A DNA stretch of 64,000 nucleotides, from the NCBI GenBank assembly GCA_963764715.1, contig CAVXTP010000001.1, forward strand, positions 1 to 64,000, written 5' to 3'. The position numbers and the translations under genes are program-made. The notes beneath the pieces were generated by a model, which saw only the letters and a program-made list of their open reading frames with translations, was not told the origin of the DNA and searched no databases. Below are positions 23,720-32,452 of the stretch, in pieces; within the stretch, counting starts at the first letter, position 1, and each line of letters starts with the position of its first letter. Source of the stretch: an uncultured Acidobacteriota bacterium (GTDB lineage Bacteria > Acidobacteriota > Thermoanaerobaculia > UBA5066 > Gp7-AA6).

Positions 23720-24559
23720 CTACGGAGCCCACTCGGCCTCGACCGCCGGGGTCAGGCCCGCGGCGTGCGCCCGATCGAGCAGGGTCTGGACCGCCCGGCG
23801 GCCCGCCTCGCCGTACCCCTGCGTCCAGGCGTTAACGTACATCCCGACGAATCGGTCGGCCTTTTCCCGGGGGAGCCCCCGGGCGTACTTCATGGCGTGA
23901 TCGAGGGCCGCGCCGCGATGCGCCAGGCCGTACTCGATCGAGCGGGAGAGGGCGCGCGAGATGCGGCCGATCCGCTCGGCGCCGAGGTCCTTCCGGACGA
24001 CGTTGCCCCCGAGGGGAAGCGGCAGCCCGGTCTCCTCCTTCCACCAGCGGCCGAGGTCGACGATTTCCGTCAGCCCCTCGTCGCGGAAGGTGAGCTGGCC
24101 CTCGTGGATGAGCAGGCCCGCACGCTCCTCGCCCGACGCCACCGCCTCCTGGATCCGGTCGAAGGAGAGCGGGCGCATGCGAACGCCCGGCGCCCAGAGC
24201 TGGAGGGCGAGCGCCGCGGTCGTCCAGGGCCCGGGCGACGCGACGACGACGTCGCCGGCGGCGATCGCGGCGCGTTCGATCGGCTCGCGCGCGACGACGA
24301 CCGGCCCGTAGCCGTCGCCGAACGACGCGCCGTGGGGAAGGAGGAGGTAGCGGTCCGCCAGTCGCGTGTACGCGTGGAAGGACACGGCGGTGACGGCGAG
24401 CTCCCCGGCCATCGCGCGGCGGTTGAGCGACTCGATGTCGGACAGCTCGTGCGTGAACGCGAGGCCCTCGGTGTCGACGCGCCCCTCGGCGAGGGCGTAG
24501 AACATGAAGGCGTCGTCCGAGTCGGGACTGTGCGCGACGGTGATGGTCTCGGCGGTCAC
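23720..24559 (-). CDS. mqnD: 1,4-dihydroxy-6-naphthoate synthase (futalosine menaquinone pathway)
   Basis: HSPDSDDAFMF, GASFGDGYGP, GLLIHEGQL, GLPLPLGG, MYVN. Confidence 0.9.
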   Translation of the reverse strand: MTAETITVAHSPDSDDAFMFYALAEGRVDTEGLAFTHELSDIESLNRRAMAGELAVTAVSFHAYTRLADRYLLLPHGASFGDGYGPVVVAREPIERAAIAAGDVVVASPGPWTTAALALQLWAPGVRMRPLSFDRIQEAVASGEERAGLLIHEGQLTFRDEGLTEIVDLGRWWKEETGLPLPLGGNVVRKDLGAERIGRISRALSRSIEYGLAHRGAALDHAMKYARGLPREKADRFVGMYVNAWTQGYGEAGRRAVQTLLDRAHAAGLTPAVEAEWAP

Positions 24560-24691
24560 GGGTCGGATTCTAGTCGCAGCCGGCGACGCGCGGGCGCGTC
24601 GGGATCGCGGCCGGAGGAGACGCGAGGTCGCGCCGCGGGTCGCGGCGAGCCCGAAGTCGGGCTCCGGAGACGCCGCGGAGGTCGCGGCGAC

Positions 24692-24720
24692 TTGACTTGC
24701 GTCCCCGCGAACGCCACAAT
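24692..24720 (+). promoter_or_regulatory. Putative sigma70 promoter TTGACT-N17-CACAAT
   Basis: -35 at 24692-24697, -10 at 24715-24720; bracketed by the inverted repeat cttgactt/aagtcaag. Confidence 0.55.
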
Positions 24721-24944
24721 GAAGTCAAGAGCGATTGCAAGGAAAAATCTTGTACCAACGCGAGGGATGCTTCTAAAATCAAATCGCCGGCTGGGTTGCG
24801 GCCCAACCGGCGATTTTGACGAGCGTATGACCCATCAAACATTCGGCAGCGGCAGACTGAAGGCGATACGCCCTTTGACGGGGGCGGAAAAACTAGCATC
24901 TCGCCCGAGGGCTGTCAATTGGCTGTCGGGAGGGAGGTGACGTA

Positions 24945-25004
24945 ATGGCGACGAAGAAGAAGGCCGCGAAGAAGGCGAAGAAGGCTACCAAGAAGAAGAA
25001 GTAA
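24945..25004 (+). CDS. 19-aa Lys/Ala-rich basic mini-protein MATKKKAAKKAKKATKKKK
   Basis: Strong SD GGGAGGTGA just upstream, all 11 Lys codons are AAG, TAA stop, intrinsic terminator downstream. Confidence 0.75.
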   Translation: MATKKKAAKKAKKATKKKK

Positions 25005-25036
25005 GTCAACGACTTACGCTTCGAACACGGTTTCTC

Positions 25037-25062
25037 GGGGGCCCGCGGGCCCCCTTTTTTTT
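25037..25062 (+). terminator. Rho-independent terminator
   Basis: gggggccc-gc-gggccccc followed by T8. Confidence 0.88.
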
Positions 25063-25112
25063 CGCCTTGATTTTCACCACGAGAGGACACGCCCGGGCCG
25101 GAACCCGCTCCA

Positions 25113-25136
25113 GACTATATCTATGTTGATATAGTC
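25113..25136. promoter_or_regulatory. Perfect 9-bp inverted repeat GACTATATC-N6-GATATAGTC, probable PadR operator
   Basis: Ends 4 nt before the PadR GTG and overlaps a TATAGT -10-like box. Confidence 0.7.
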
Positions 25137-25140
25137 GGCC

Positions 25141-25716
25141 GTGTCCCTCCCCCACCTGCTCCTCGGGTTGCTCCACGCCGAGCCGCGCACGGGCTACGAT
25201 CTCGCGCGCGCGGTCCGCGACGAGGTCGACCCGGCGTGGAGCGCGGGCTACTCCCAGATCTACCCCGCCCTGGCGGGGCTGCGCCGCCGCGGGTGGGTCC
25301 TCCTCCGGACGCTGGGCCCCCGCCGCGGCCCCCCCCGCCTCCTCTACCGGGCGACCGCCGCCGGCCGCCGGGAGCTCCAGCGGTGGCTCGCGGAAGCTCC
25401 CCCGCCTCCCCGCCGCAACGACGCCATCCTCGCCCGGGTCGCGCTGCTCGACGCCCTCCCTCCCGCCGCCCGCGCCGGCGTCCTCTCGCGGCTCGCCGCG
25501 GTTCTCGCGGCGGAGGCCGACCGGCTCGAGGCGCTCGGCGCCGGCGAGGGGTCGCGCGGCTTCGCCCGGCGGGCCGCCGCGGCCGAGCGCCGGGGACTCG
25601 CGCTCTTCCTCGATCGCGGGGCCGCTCCCGCTCCCGCCGTCCGGCGCTCGGCGCTCTCCCGCCCCGGCTCGCCGCAAAGTCCTTCCGGCGCCCGCCGTCG
25701 GAAGTATCATCGGTAG
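25141..25716 (+). CDS. PadR family transcriptional regulator
   Basis: LLGLL..EPRTGYDL...W..GYSQIYPAL..L...GWV...Y..T.AGRREL.RWL. Confidence 0.85.
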   Translation: MSLPHLLLGLLHAEPRTGYDLARAVRDEVDPAWSAGYSQIYPALAGLRRRGWVLLRTLGPRRGPPRLLYRATAAGRRELQRWLAEAPPPPRRNDAILARVALLDALPPAARAGVLSRLAAVLAAEADRLEALGAGEGSRGFARRAAAAERRGLALFLDRGAAPAPAVRRSALSRPGSPQSPSGARRRKYHR

Positions 25717-25732
25717 CCCGAGGGGAGGAGCC

Positions 25733-26440
25733 ATGAGCGAAGAGCCGAAGGGCGGCTTCACGCGTCGAGACCTCGTCCGAGGCACGCTCGTCGGAGCGAT
25801 CGCCGCCGGAGCACCCGTCAAGCTTCGCGCCGGCGAGACCGGGATCGTCGGCCCGGGTCCGGCGCCCGTCGACCTGAAGGTCAACGGCGAGGTGCATCAC
25901 CTTTCCGTCGAGCCCCGGGTCACGCTCGTCGACGCACTGCGGGACCGCATCGGCCTGACCGGCACCAAGTCGGTCTGCGGCCGCGGCGCCTGCGGCGCCT
26001 GCACGGTGCTCGTCGACGGAGTGGCCGTCTGCTCCTGCCTGACGCTCGCGCACGAGGTCGCGGGCCGGTCGATCACGACGATCGAGGGCCTCGCCGCCGA
26101 CGGGCGGCTGTCTCCCCTCCAGGAGGCCTTCGTCGCCGCCGACGCCCTGCAGTGCGGCTTCTGCACCTCCGGCATGGTGCTTTCCTGCAAGGTCCTCCTG
26201 GACCACAACCCGAAACCCTCCCGCGCCGAGATCCGCGCCGCCGTGGCCGGCAACCTGTGCCGATGCGGAACCTACCCGCACGTTTACGACGCCGTCGAGC
26301 GCGCGGCGGGCCTGAAGACGGCGGCGGCCGGTGAGGCGTTGCCGGAGGCCGCCGCGCTCGAGGCCCGGGCCCGGGGATTCCACGACGACTCCCGCGTCGC
26401 GCTCGCGACCGCGGAAGCCCTCGAAGCCGAGGAGGCCTGA
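25733..26440 (+). CDS. 2Fe-2S subunit of a xanthine dehydrogenase-family oxidoreductase with Tat signal (PaoA/YagT-like)
   Basis: TRRDLV twin-arginine motif; CGRGACGACT, QCGFCTSG, GNLCRCG. Confidence 0.9.
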   Translation: MSEEPKGGFTRRDLVRGTLVGAIAAGAPVKLRAGETGIVGPGPAPVDLKVNGEVHHLSVEPRVTLVDALRDRIGLTGTKSVCGRGACGACTVLVDGVAVCSCLTLAHEVAGRSITTIEGLAADGRLSPLQEAFVAADALQCGFCTSGMVLSCKVLLDHNPKPSRAEIRAAVAGNLCRCGTYPHVYDAVERAAGLKTAAAGEALPEAAALEARARGFHDDSRVALATAEALEAEEA

Positions 26441-26441
26441 C

Positions 26442-28739
26442 ATGACCGAGAAGCTTCGCGTCGGCTTCAACGGAGAGTTTCAGACCAAGGAGATCACGGT
26501 CTCGGCGGACGATCCCGCGCCCTGGGACCCGTCGGCCAGGCTGTCGATCGTCGGAACGCGCGTCCCGCGCCTCGACGGTCCGGCCAAGGCGAGCGGGGAG
26601 GCGCGCTACTCGATCGACGTCCGCCTCCCGGGGCTTCTCTATGGGCGGATCCTGCGGAGCCCCTGGGCGGCCGCCACGGTCAAGTCGATCGACCTCGCCC
26701 CGGCCCTGAAGCTCCCGGGCGTCCGGGCCGCGGTCGCGCTCGCCGAGCCGGGCGAGAAGGTCCGCTTCGCCGGCCAGGAGGTCGCCGCGGTCGCCGCCGA
26801 CACCCCGGAGCGGGCCGGCGACGCCCTCGCGGCGATCGTCGTCGCCTACGAGCAGCGTCCGTTCGTCGTCGGCATCGAGGCCGCCTCCAAGCCCGGCGCG
26901 CCCCTCGTCTTCGAGGGCCAGGCCCAGGAAAAGACCTCCGCCGGCGAGGTCGAGGAGCGCAAGTCCGGACTGCCCCGCAAGGGCAACGTCATGGGCCCCC
27001 GCCAGAGCGGCAAGGGCAGCGTCGAAGCGGGCTTCCGCCGGGCCGACGCCGTCGTCGAAGCCACCTACGTCACGCAGGTCCAGCTCCACACGGCCCTGGA
27101 GACCCACGGCCTGGTGGCGCACTGGGACGGCGGGGACCTGAAGGTCTGGGCCTCGACGCAGGGCATCTTCTCGGTCCGCGACGAGCTCGCCGAGGCCCTG
27201 AAGATCCCGGCCTCGCGCATCCAGGTGGTCACGGAGTACATGGGCGGAGGCTTCGGCGCCAAGTTCGGCGCCCGCATCGAGGGCGTCGCGGCCGCGAAGC
27301 TGGCGAAGCAGGCCGGCGCCCCGGTCAAGCTCTTCCTCGACCGCAAGGAGGAGCAGCTCGCGACCGGCAATCGCCCCTCCTCGATCCAGTGGATCAAGGC
27401 CGGCGCCACGAAGGACGGGAAGCTGACGGCCCTGCACCTGATCGCCCGCGGCACCGGCGGCACCAACGGGGGCACCGGCACGTCCGGGCCGATCAAGAAC
27501 GTCTACGCCTGCGAGAACCTCAAGGTCGAGGAGTACGACGTCTTCACCAACGCCGGACCGTCGGCCGCGATGCGCGCGCCCGGGCACCCGCAGGGCGCCT
27601 TCGCCCTCGAGGCGACGATGGACGAGCTCGCGGCGAAGCTCGGCATGGATCCGCTCGAGTTCCGGATGAAGAACGACCCGTCGGAGGTCCGGCGGGAGGA
27701 GTTCCGGATCGGCGCCGAGAAGATCGGCTGGAAGACGCGCGACGCCCGCCGCAAGACCGACGACCCGGCCGTCCGGCGGGGCATCGGCGTCGGGGCGGCC
27801 GTCTGGTACGACACGGGCGGCACCGGCCCCCGGGCGACCGTCGCGATCAACCGGGACGGCTCGGCCGAGGTCGAGCACGGCGTCCAGGACCTCGGCACCG
27901 GCTCGCGCACGATGGTCGCGATCGTCGCGGCCGAAGAGCTCGGCCTGCCGCTCGAGAAGGTCTCGGTCCGCATCGGAAACACGCGCATGCCCTTCGGGCC
28001 GGCCTCGGGCGGGTCGACCACGACGCCCTCGAGCGCGCCCACGATCCGCCGGGCGGCCTGGCAGGCCAAGCAGAAGATGGCCGCGGCCGTCGCGAAGGAG
28101 TGGAAGGTCCCCGCCGCCTCGGTCTCGATCGAGCGCGGCGCGGTCACGGCCTCGGGCGGTACGCCCAGGAAGGCGAGCTGGGAGGAGGCCTGCAAGCTCC
28201 TGCCCGAGGAGGGCGTCTCCGCCACCGCCGACCGGGCCGAGAACAACGAGGGCGCCTGGAAGCGGTTCATCTGCGGGGCCCAGTTCGCGGAGGTCCTCGT
28301 CGACACGGAGACCGGCCGGGTCACCGTCGAGAAGGTCGTCGCCGTGCACGACTGCGGCCTCGCGATCAACACCCTGACGACCGAGAGCCAGATCCAGGGC
28401 GGCGTCATCCAGGGGGTCTCCTACGCGCTGTTCGAGAACCGGGTGCTCGACCGCGGCAGCGGCCGGGTGCTCAACCCCAACGTCGAGCAGTACAAGATCG
28501 CCGGCGCGCTGGACTGTCCGGAGATCGAGACCGTCATCCTCCCGGTCTGGGCCGGGGTCAACAACACGCAGTCGACGGGCATCGGCGAGCCCGCGACGGT
28601 GCCCACGGCCGCCGCCATCGCCAACGCCGTCTCGCACGCCATCGGCGTGCGGATCACGAGGCTTCCGATCACGCCGGAGGTCGTTCTCGCCGCCGTGGAC
28701 GCGGCCGGGAAGTCGAAGGCTAAGGGGGGTCGCGCATGA
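26442..28739 (+). CDS. Molybdopterin-binding subunit, xanthine dehydrogenase family
   Basis: MGGGFGAK, MRAPGHPQ, QDLGTG, SQIQGG, GIGEP. Confidence 0.92.
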   Translation: MTEKLRVGFNGEFQTKEITVSADDPAPWDPSARLSIVGTRVPRLDGPAKASGEARYSIDVRLPGLLYGRILRSPWAAATVKSIDLAPALKLPGVRAAVALAEPGEKVRFAGQEVAAVAADTPERAGDALAAIVVAYEQRPFVVGIEAASKPGAPLVFEGQAQEKTSAGEVEERKSGLPRKGNVMGPRQSGKGSVEAGFRRADAVVEATYVTQVQLHTALETHGLVAHWDGGDLKVWASTQGIFSVRDELAEALKIPASRIQVVTEYMGGGFGAKFGARIEGVAAAKLAKQAGAPVKLFLDRKEEQLATGNRPSSIQWIKAGATKDGKLTALHLIARGTGGTNGGTGTSGPIKNVYACENLKVEEYDVFTNAGPSAAMRAPGHPQGAFALEATMDELAAKLGMDPLEFRMKNDPSEVRREEFRIGAEKIGWKTRDARRKTDDPAVRRGIGVGAAVWYDTGGTGPRATVAINRDGSAEVEHGVQDLGTGSRTMVAIVAAEELGLPLEKVSVRIGNTRMPFGPASGGSTTTPSSAPTIRRAAWQAKQKMAAAVAKEWKVPAASVSIERGAVTASGGTPRKASWEEACKLLPEEGVSATADRAENNEGAWKRFICGAQFAEVLVDTETGRVTVEKVVAVHDCGLAINTLTTESQIQGGVIQGVSYALFENRVLDRGSGRVLNPNVEQYKIAGALDCPEIETVILPVWAGVNNTQSTGIGEPATVPTAAAIANAVSHAIGVRITRLPITPEVVLAAVDAAGKSKAKGGRA

Positions 28740-29707
28740 AGCCGTTCACGCTGGTGCACGCGAAGTCGCTCGCCGAGGCCTCCCGCGCGACGGAAAAGCC
28801 GGATACCGAGCTGAAGGCCGGAGGCGTCGACCTGCTCGATCGGATGAAGGAGGGCTGCGACAGCCCGGCGACCGTGGTCTCGATCGCCGAGGTGCCGGGG
28901 CTCGACCGCATCGAGGCGGGACCGCCCGGAAAGATCGGGGCGCTGGCGACCCTCGCGAAGATCGCGGCCGACCCGGGGCTCCGGAAGCACTACCCCGCCC
29001 TCGCCGCGTCCGCCGACGGGGCCGCCACGCCCCAGATCCGGAACATGGCGACCCTCGGCGGCAACCTCTGCCAGCGCCCGCGCTGCTGGTACTACCGCCT
29101 CGAGGAGTTCGACTGCCGCAAGAAGGGCGGCAACGACTGCTTCGCCCGCGACGGGGAGAACCGCTTTCACGCGATCTTCGACTCGAACCTGACCTGCTGC
29201 TGCGTCCATCCCTCGGCCACCGGGGTCGCCCTCTCGGCCTACGGCGCGACCCTCGAGGTCGTTTCCGCGAAGGGGCGGCGGACGCTTCCGATGGACAAGT
29301 TCTTCTTCCGGCCGGTCGACGATGCGACCCACGAGAACACGCTGTCGGCGGGCGAGATCGTCGAGACGATCGTGCTGCCCGCGCCGGCCGAGGGCGCCCG
29401 CTCGGTCTACCGGAAGCTCAAGGAGAAGGAGTCGTTCGACTGGCCGATCGTCGAGGTCTGCGTGGCGCTGACGATCTCGGGGGGGACGATCCGCAACCCG
29501 CGGGTCGTCTTCGGCTCGGTCGCACCGACCCCGCACCGGTCGCCCGAGGCCGAGACGGTCCTGAACGGCGCGAAGCCCTCGCCGGAGGTCGCCCGCAAGG
29601 CGGCCGAGGCCGCGGTCGCCTCCGCGAAGCCGCTCTCGCAGAACGCATACAAGGTCCGCCTGGCGAAAGTCGAGCTCGAGCGGGCACTCAAGGAGGTCTT
29701 CGCCTGA
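28736..29707 (+). CDS. FAD-binding subunit with a Cys-rich (4Fe-4S) insert (PaoB/YagS-like)
   Basis: AGGVDL, TPQIRNMATLGGNLCQRPRCWYYR...C...C, HPS, NAYKV. Confidence 0.92.
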   Translation: MKPFTLVHAKSLAEASRATEKPDTELKAGGVDLLDRMKEGCDSPATVVSIAEVPGLDRIEAGPPGKIGALATLAKIAADPGLRKHYPALAASADGAATPQIRNMATLGGNLCQRPRCWYYRLEEFDCRKKGGNDCFARDGENRFHAIFDSNLTCCCVHPSATGVALSAYGATLEVVSAKGRRTLPMDKFFFRPVDDATHENTLSAGEIVETIVLPAPAEGARSVYRKLKEKESFDWPIVEVCVALTISGGTIRNPRVVFGSVAPTPHRSPEAETVLNGAKPSPEVARKAAEAAVASAKPLSQNAYKVRLAKVELERALKEVFA

Positions 29708-29737
29708 GGAGACCTCGGGTGGATGCGGGCTCTCGTC

Positions 29738-29763
29738 GTAGGGGCGGGGCTTGTGGCCGCCCG
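29738..29763. repeat. Single GTAG-type REP
   Basis: gtaggggcggggcttgtggccgcccg. Confidence 0.6.
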
Positions 29764-29792
29764 CTCAGAGAAGGGTTACGACCGGGGGCCCG

Positions 29793-30074
29793 ATGACGGA
29801 CGACCCGCTCGGCCCGATGCGGCGCTTCGCCCGCAAGGGCGAGGCGCCGATCGAGCCCGATGCTCTCCTCTGCCGCCACCTGCGGACCAAGACCTGGTTT
29901 TCCCCCGACGCGTTCGGCGAGGGGGATCCACGCCAGTCGCCCTCGACCGCGCAGTACTGGTGCCTGCGGACGATGCGCCCCAACGGGCCGGACGGCGACC
30001 TCGCACTGCCCGAAGAATGCACGGACGAGCGGATCTGCTTCGAGGCGCTGGTCGGAAAGAGCGGCGAGAGCTAG
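29793..30074 (+). CDS. Small Cys-containing hypothetical protein
   Basis: CRHLRTK...YWCLRTM..NGPDG....PEEC...RICFE; four Cys; follows the Mo-enzyme operon. Confidence 0.65.
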   Translation: MTDDPLGPMRRFARKGEAPIEPDALLCRHLRTKTWFSPDAFGEGDPRQSPSTAQYWCLRTMRPNGPDGDLALPEECTDERICFEALVGKSGES

Positions 30075-30082
30075 AGGGCACC

Positions 30083-30181
30083 GGGGGTCAGGTCTTCATT
30101 TTTCGGCTCGGGGCGACAGTTCGCGACGGCTGAAAAATGAAGACCTGACCCCCTGCGGCTGAAAAATGAAGACCTGACCCC
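30083..30181. repeat. GGGGTCAGGTCTTCA family inverted-repeat element, copy 2 (one left arm, two right arms)
   Basis: gggggtcaggtcttcatttttcggc followed by two copies of ggctgaaaaatgaagacctgacccc. Confidence 0.88.
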
Positions 30182-30182
30182 T

Positions 30183-30767
30183 CTACCTCTTCTTCAGGTC
30201 CATCAGGACCTGGCGCGCCACGGCCTTCAGGGTGTCGAAAACCCCGGCGCCGGTCGTGGCGACGGCTTCGAAGGTCGGCTCCCGCTTGATGTTGAGGCGC
30301 CGGTACATCTCGTCGGCCGCCATCGAGGTCGGCAGGTCCCGCTTGTTGAACTGCAGGACGTACGGCACGTTGGCGATGTCGTAGCCCTGCTCCTTGAGGT
30401 TCTTGTCGAGGTTGCGGATCGACTCGATGTTGGCTTCGAGGCGCGCCTCCTGCGAGTCGGCCACGAAGACGACGCCGTCGACGCCCTTGAGGATCAGCTT
30501 GCGCGAGGCGTCGTAGAAGACCTGGCCGGGGACGGTGTAGAGGTGGAACCGGGTCTTGAAGCCCTTGACCGTGCCGAGGTCGAGCGGCAGGAAATCGAAG
30601 AAGAGCGTGCGGTCGGTCTCGGTCGCGAGCGAGATCAGCTTGCCCTTGGCCGAGGGATTCGTGCGGTCGTAGATGTACTGGAGGTTCGTCGTCTTCCCGC
30701 AGAGGCCGGGGCCGTAATAGACGATCTTGCAGTTGATCTCCCGGGCCGCGTAATTGATGAACGTCAT
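30183..30767 (-). CDS. mglA: Small Ras-like GTPase MglA
   Basis: [38 protein letters not shown]. Confidence 0.95.
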   Translation of the reverse strand: MTFINYAAREINCKIVYYGPGLCGKTTNLQYIYDRTNPSAKGKLISLATETDRTLFFDFLPLDLGTVKGFKTRFHLYTVPGQVFYDASRKLILKGVDGVVFVADSQEARLEANIESIRNLDKNLKEQGYDIANVPYVLQFNKRDLPTSMAADEMYRRLNIKREPTFEAVATTGAGVFDTLKAVARQVLMDLKKR

Positions 30768-30805
30768 GAGGGTGCCATCGCCCGCCGATCCCGGCCGTCC
30801 GCCGC

Positions 30806-31306
30806 CTACTCCGAGAAGAGGCGGTCGATGTCCTCGTCCGTGATCTCGGCGAAGGGCGAGTCGAAGTCGGCCTGGAGCGCCTGCTTCTCCTTCTCGGCCT
30901 TGCGGGCGATGTCCTGGAAGATGGTCTCGAGCTCGGCCATGGCCCGGCGGACGCGCAGGCGCACGAGCCCGAGGGAGGTCCGCTCGTCGAAGATCACGAC
31001 GAGGATGACGCGCTGCGCCACGATCGAGATGTGGATGTTGTCGCGCTCGCCCTCGTGGAAGAGGATCGAGAACTCCTTCTCTCCGATCAGCCGGGCGAGG
31101 CCGTCGGTGGCGGCGACGTTGCCGGCGGTCAGGGAAGCGAGGGAGGTCGTGTCGAGCGTCGTGAGGTCGCCGACGGCCGCGATCTGCTGGCCGTTCTTGT
31201 CCACCAGGAAGACCACGTTCGCGTTGGCGTCGGACGCCAGGCGGTGGAGCGATTCCTTGATCTTCCGGAATTCCTCGTCGTAGAGGACGAGGTCAGGCAG
31301 CGTCAT
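30806..31306 (-). CDS. mglB: Roadblock/LC7 GAP MglB
   Basis: [48 protein letters not shown]. Confidence 0.94.
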   Translation of the reverse strand: MTLPDLVLYDEEFRKIKESLHRLASDANANVVFLVDKNGQQIAAVGDLTTLDTTSLASLTAGNVAATDGLARLIGEKEFSILFHEGERDNIHISIVAQRVILVVIFDERTSLGLVRLRVRRAMAELETIFQDIARKAEKEKQALQADFDSPFAEITDEDIDRLFSE

Positions 31307-31351
31307 GGATTAACTGATTCTCCTGTGAGGACTTATTCTAACAGCTTTATC

Positions 31352-31948
31352 TCACAACTCGCGCCGGTTCTCCAGCGACCGGGCCATCGTCACCTCGTCA
31401 GCGTACTCGATGTCTCCGCCGACCGGCAGCCCGAAGGCGATGCGGGTCACCCGCACGCCCGTCGGTTTGAGACGCCGGGCGAGATAGAGGGCCGTCGCCT
31501 CGCCCTCGACGTTGGGGTTCGTCGCGATCACGACCTCCCGGACCTCGGGCGTGACCCGCGACACCAGGCCGGCGACGTCGATCTCGTCGGGCCCGATGCC
31601 CTTCAGCGGCGAGAGGGCGCCCCAGAGGACGTGGTAGCGGCCCCGGAACTCGCGCGTCTTCTCCACGGCGGCGAGATTCCCGGGCTCCTCGACGACGCAG
31701 AGCAGCGACGGATCGCGCTGCGGGTCGGAGCAGATGTCGCACGGGTCTTCCTCGGTCAGCGTGTTGCAGGTCGAGCAGCGCTTGACCGAGGAGCGCGCGT
31801 CGGCGATCGCGTGGGCGAGGCGCTCGGCGTCCTCCGAGGGCGACCGGAGCAGGTAGTAGGCCAGCCGCGCGGCGCTCTTGGCGCCGATCCCGGGCAGGCG
31901 CTGGAACTCGGCGGCGAGGCGCTCCAGCGATTTCGGGGTTCCGGGCAA
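31352..31948 (-). CDS. recR: Recombination mediator RecR
   Basis: LPGIGAKSAARL, CxxC..CxxC zinc finger, ATNPNVEGEATA, GLPVGGDIEYAD. Confidence 0.96.
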   Translation of the reverse strand: MPGTPKSLERLAAEFQRLPGIGAKSAARLAYYLLRSPSEDAERLAHAIADARSSVKRCSTCNTLTEEDPCDICSDPQRDPSLLCVVEEPGNLAAVEKTREFRGRYHVLWGALSPLKGIGPDEIDVAGLVSRVTPEVREVVIATNPNVEGEATALYLARRLKPTGVRVTRIAFGLPVGGDIEYADEVTMARSLENRREL

Positions 31949-31951
31949 GGC

Positions 31952-32086
31952 CTAGTGTCCTGTGGCGGGGGCCGTTTCGCGGGCCCGGCACGGCGACGAC
32001 GGCCTCGCTCGGCCACAGGACCAGGAGCCGCTCAGCCGATCGCGCACCGTGCCGCCGACGTCAAGATCTCGGTGACTGAACACTAG
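31952..32086. mobile_element. Possible MITE-like element bounded by CTAG with imperfect terminal inverted repeats
   Basis: Left end ctagtgtcctgt; right end actgaacactag (10/12 inverted match); internal inverted repeat gtcctgtggc/gccacaggac. Confidence 0.45.
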
Positions 32087-32379
32087 CGCATCCCCGGCAT
32101 CATTCCGCCGAGCATCGACGCCGTCTTCTTCTGTACGGCCTCGTCCACGCGCCGCGAGGCCTCGCGGGCCGCGGCGAGGACCAGGTCCTGCAGCGTCTCG
32201 ACGTCTTCGGGATCGACGGCGGCCTTCTCGATGTGGACGGCGAGGACTTCCTTGGTCCCCGACATCTCGATCTTGACCATCCCGCCGCCCGAGGTCGCCT
32301 CGACCCGCATGGCCGTGAGCTCCTCCTGCAGCTTCGTCTGCATGGCCTGGGCCTGCTGCATCATCTTCTGGATGTTCAT
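32083..32379 (-). CDS. ybaB: YbaB/EbfC nucleoid-associated protein
   Basis: MMQQAQAMQ, SGGGMVK, VDPEDVETLQDLV; between dnaX and recR. Confidence 0.94.
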   Translation of the reverse strand: MNIQKMMQQAQAMQTKLQEELTAMRVEATSGGGMVKIEMSGTKEVLAVHIEKAAVDPEDVETLQDLVLAAAREASRRVDEAVQKKTASMLGGMMPGMR

Positions 32380-32394
32380 TGCGCCTCGGACGGG

Positions 32395-32448
32395 GTAGGG
32401 GCGGCCCTCGTGGCCGCCCGCCCGGGCGGGGGCAAGCCCCGCCCCTAC
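32395..32448. repeat. GTAG-type REP doublet
   Basis: gtaggggcggccctcgtggccgccc ... gggcgggggcaagccccgcccctac. Confidence 0.8.
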
Positions 32449-32452
32449 TCCG

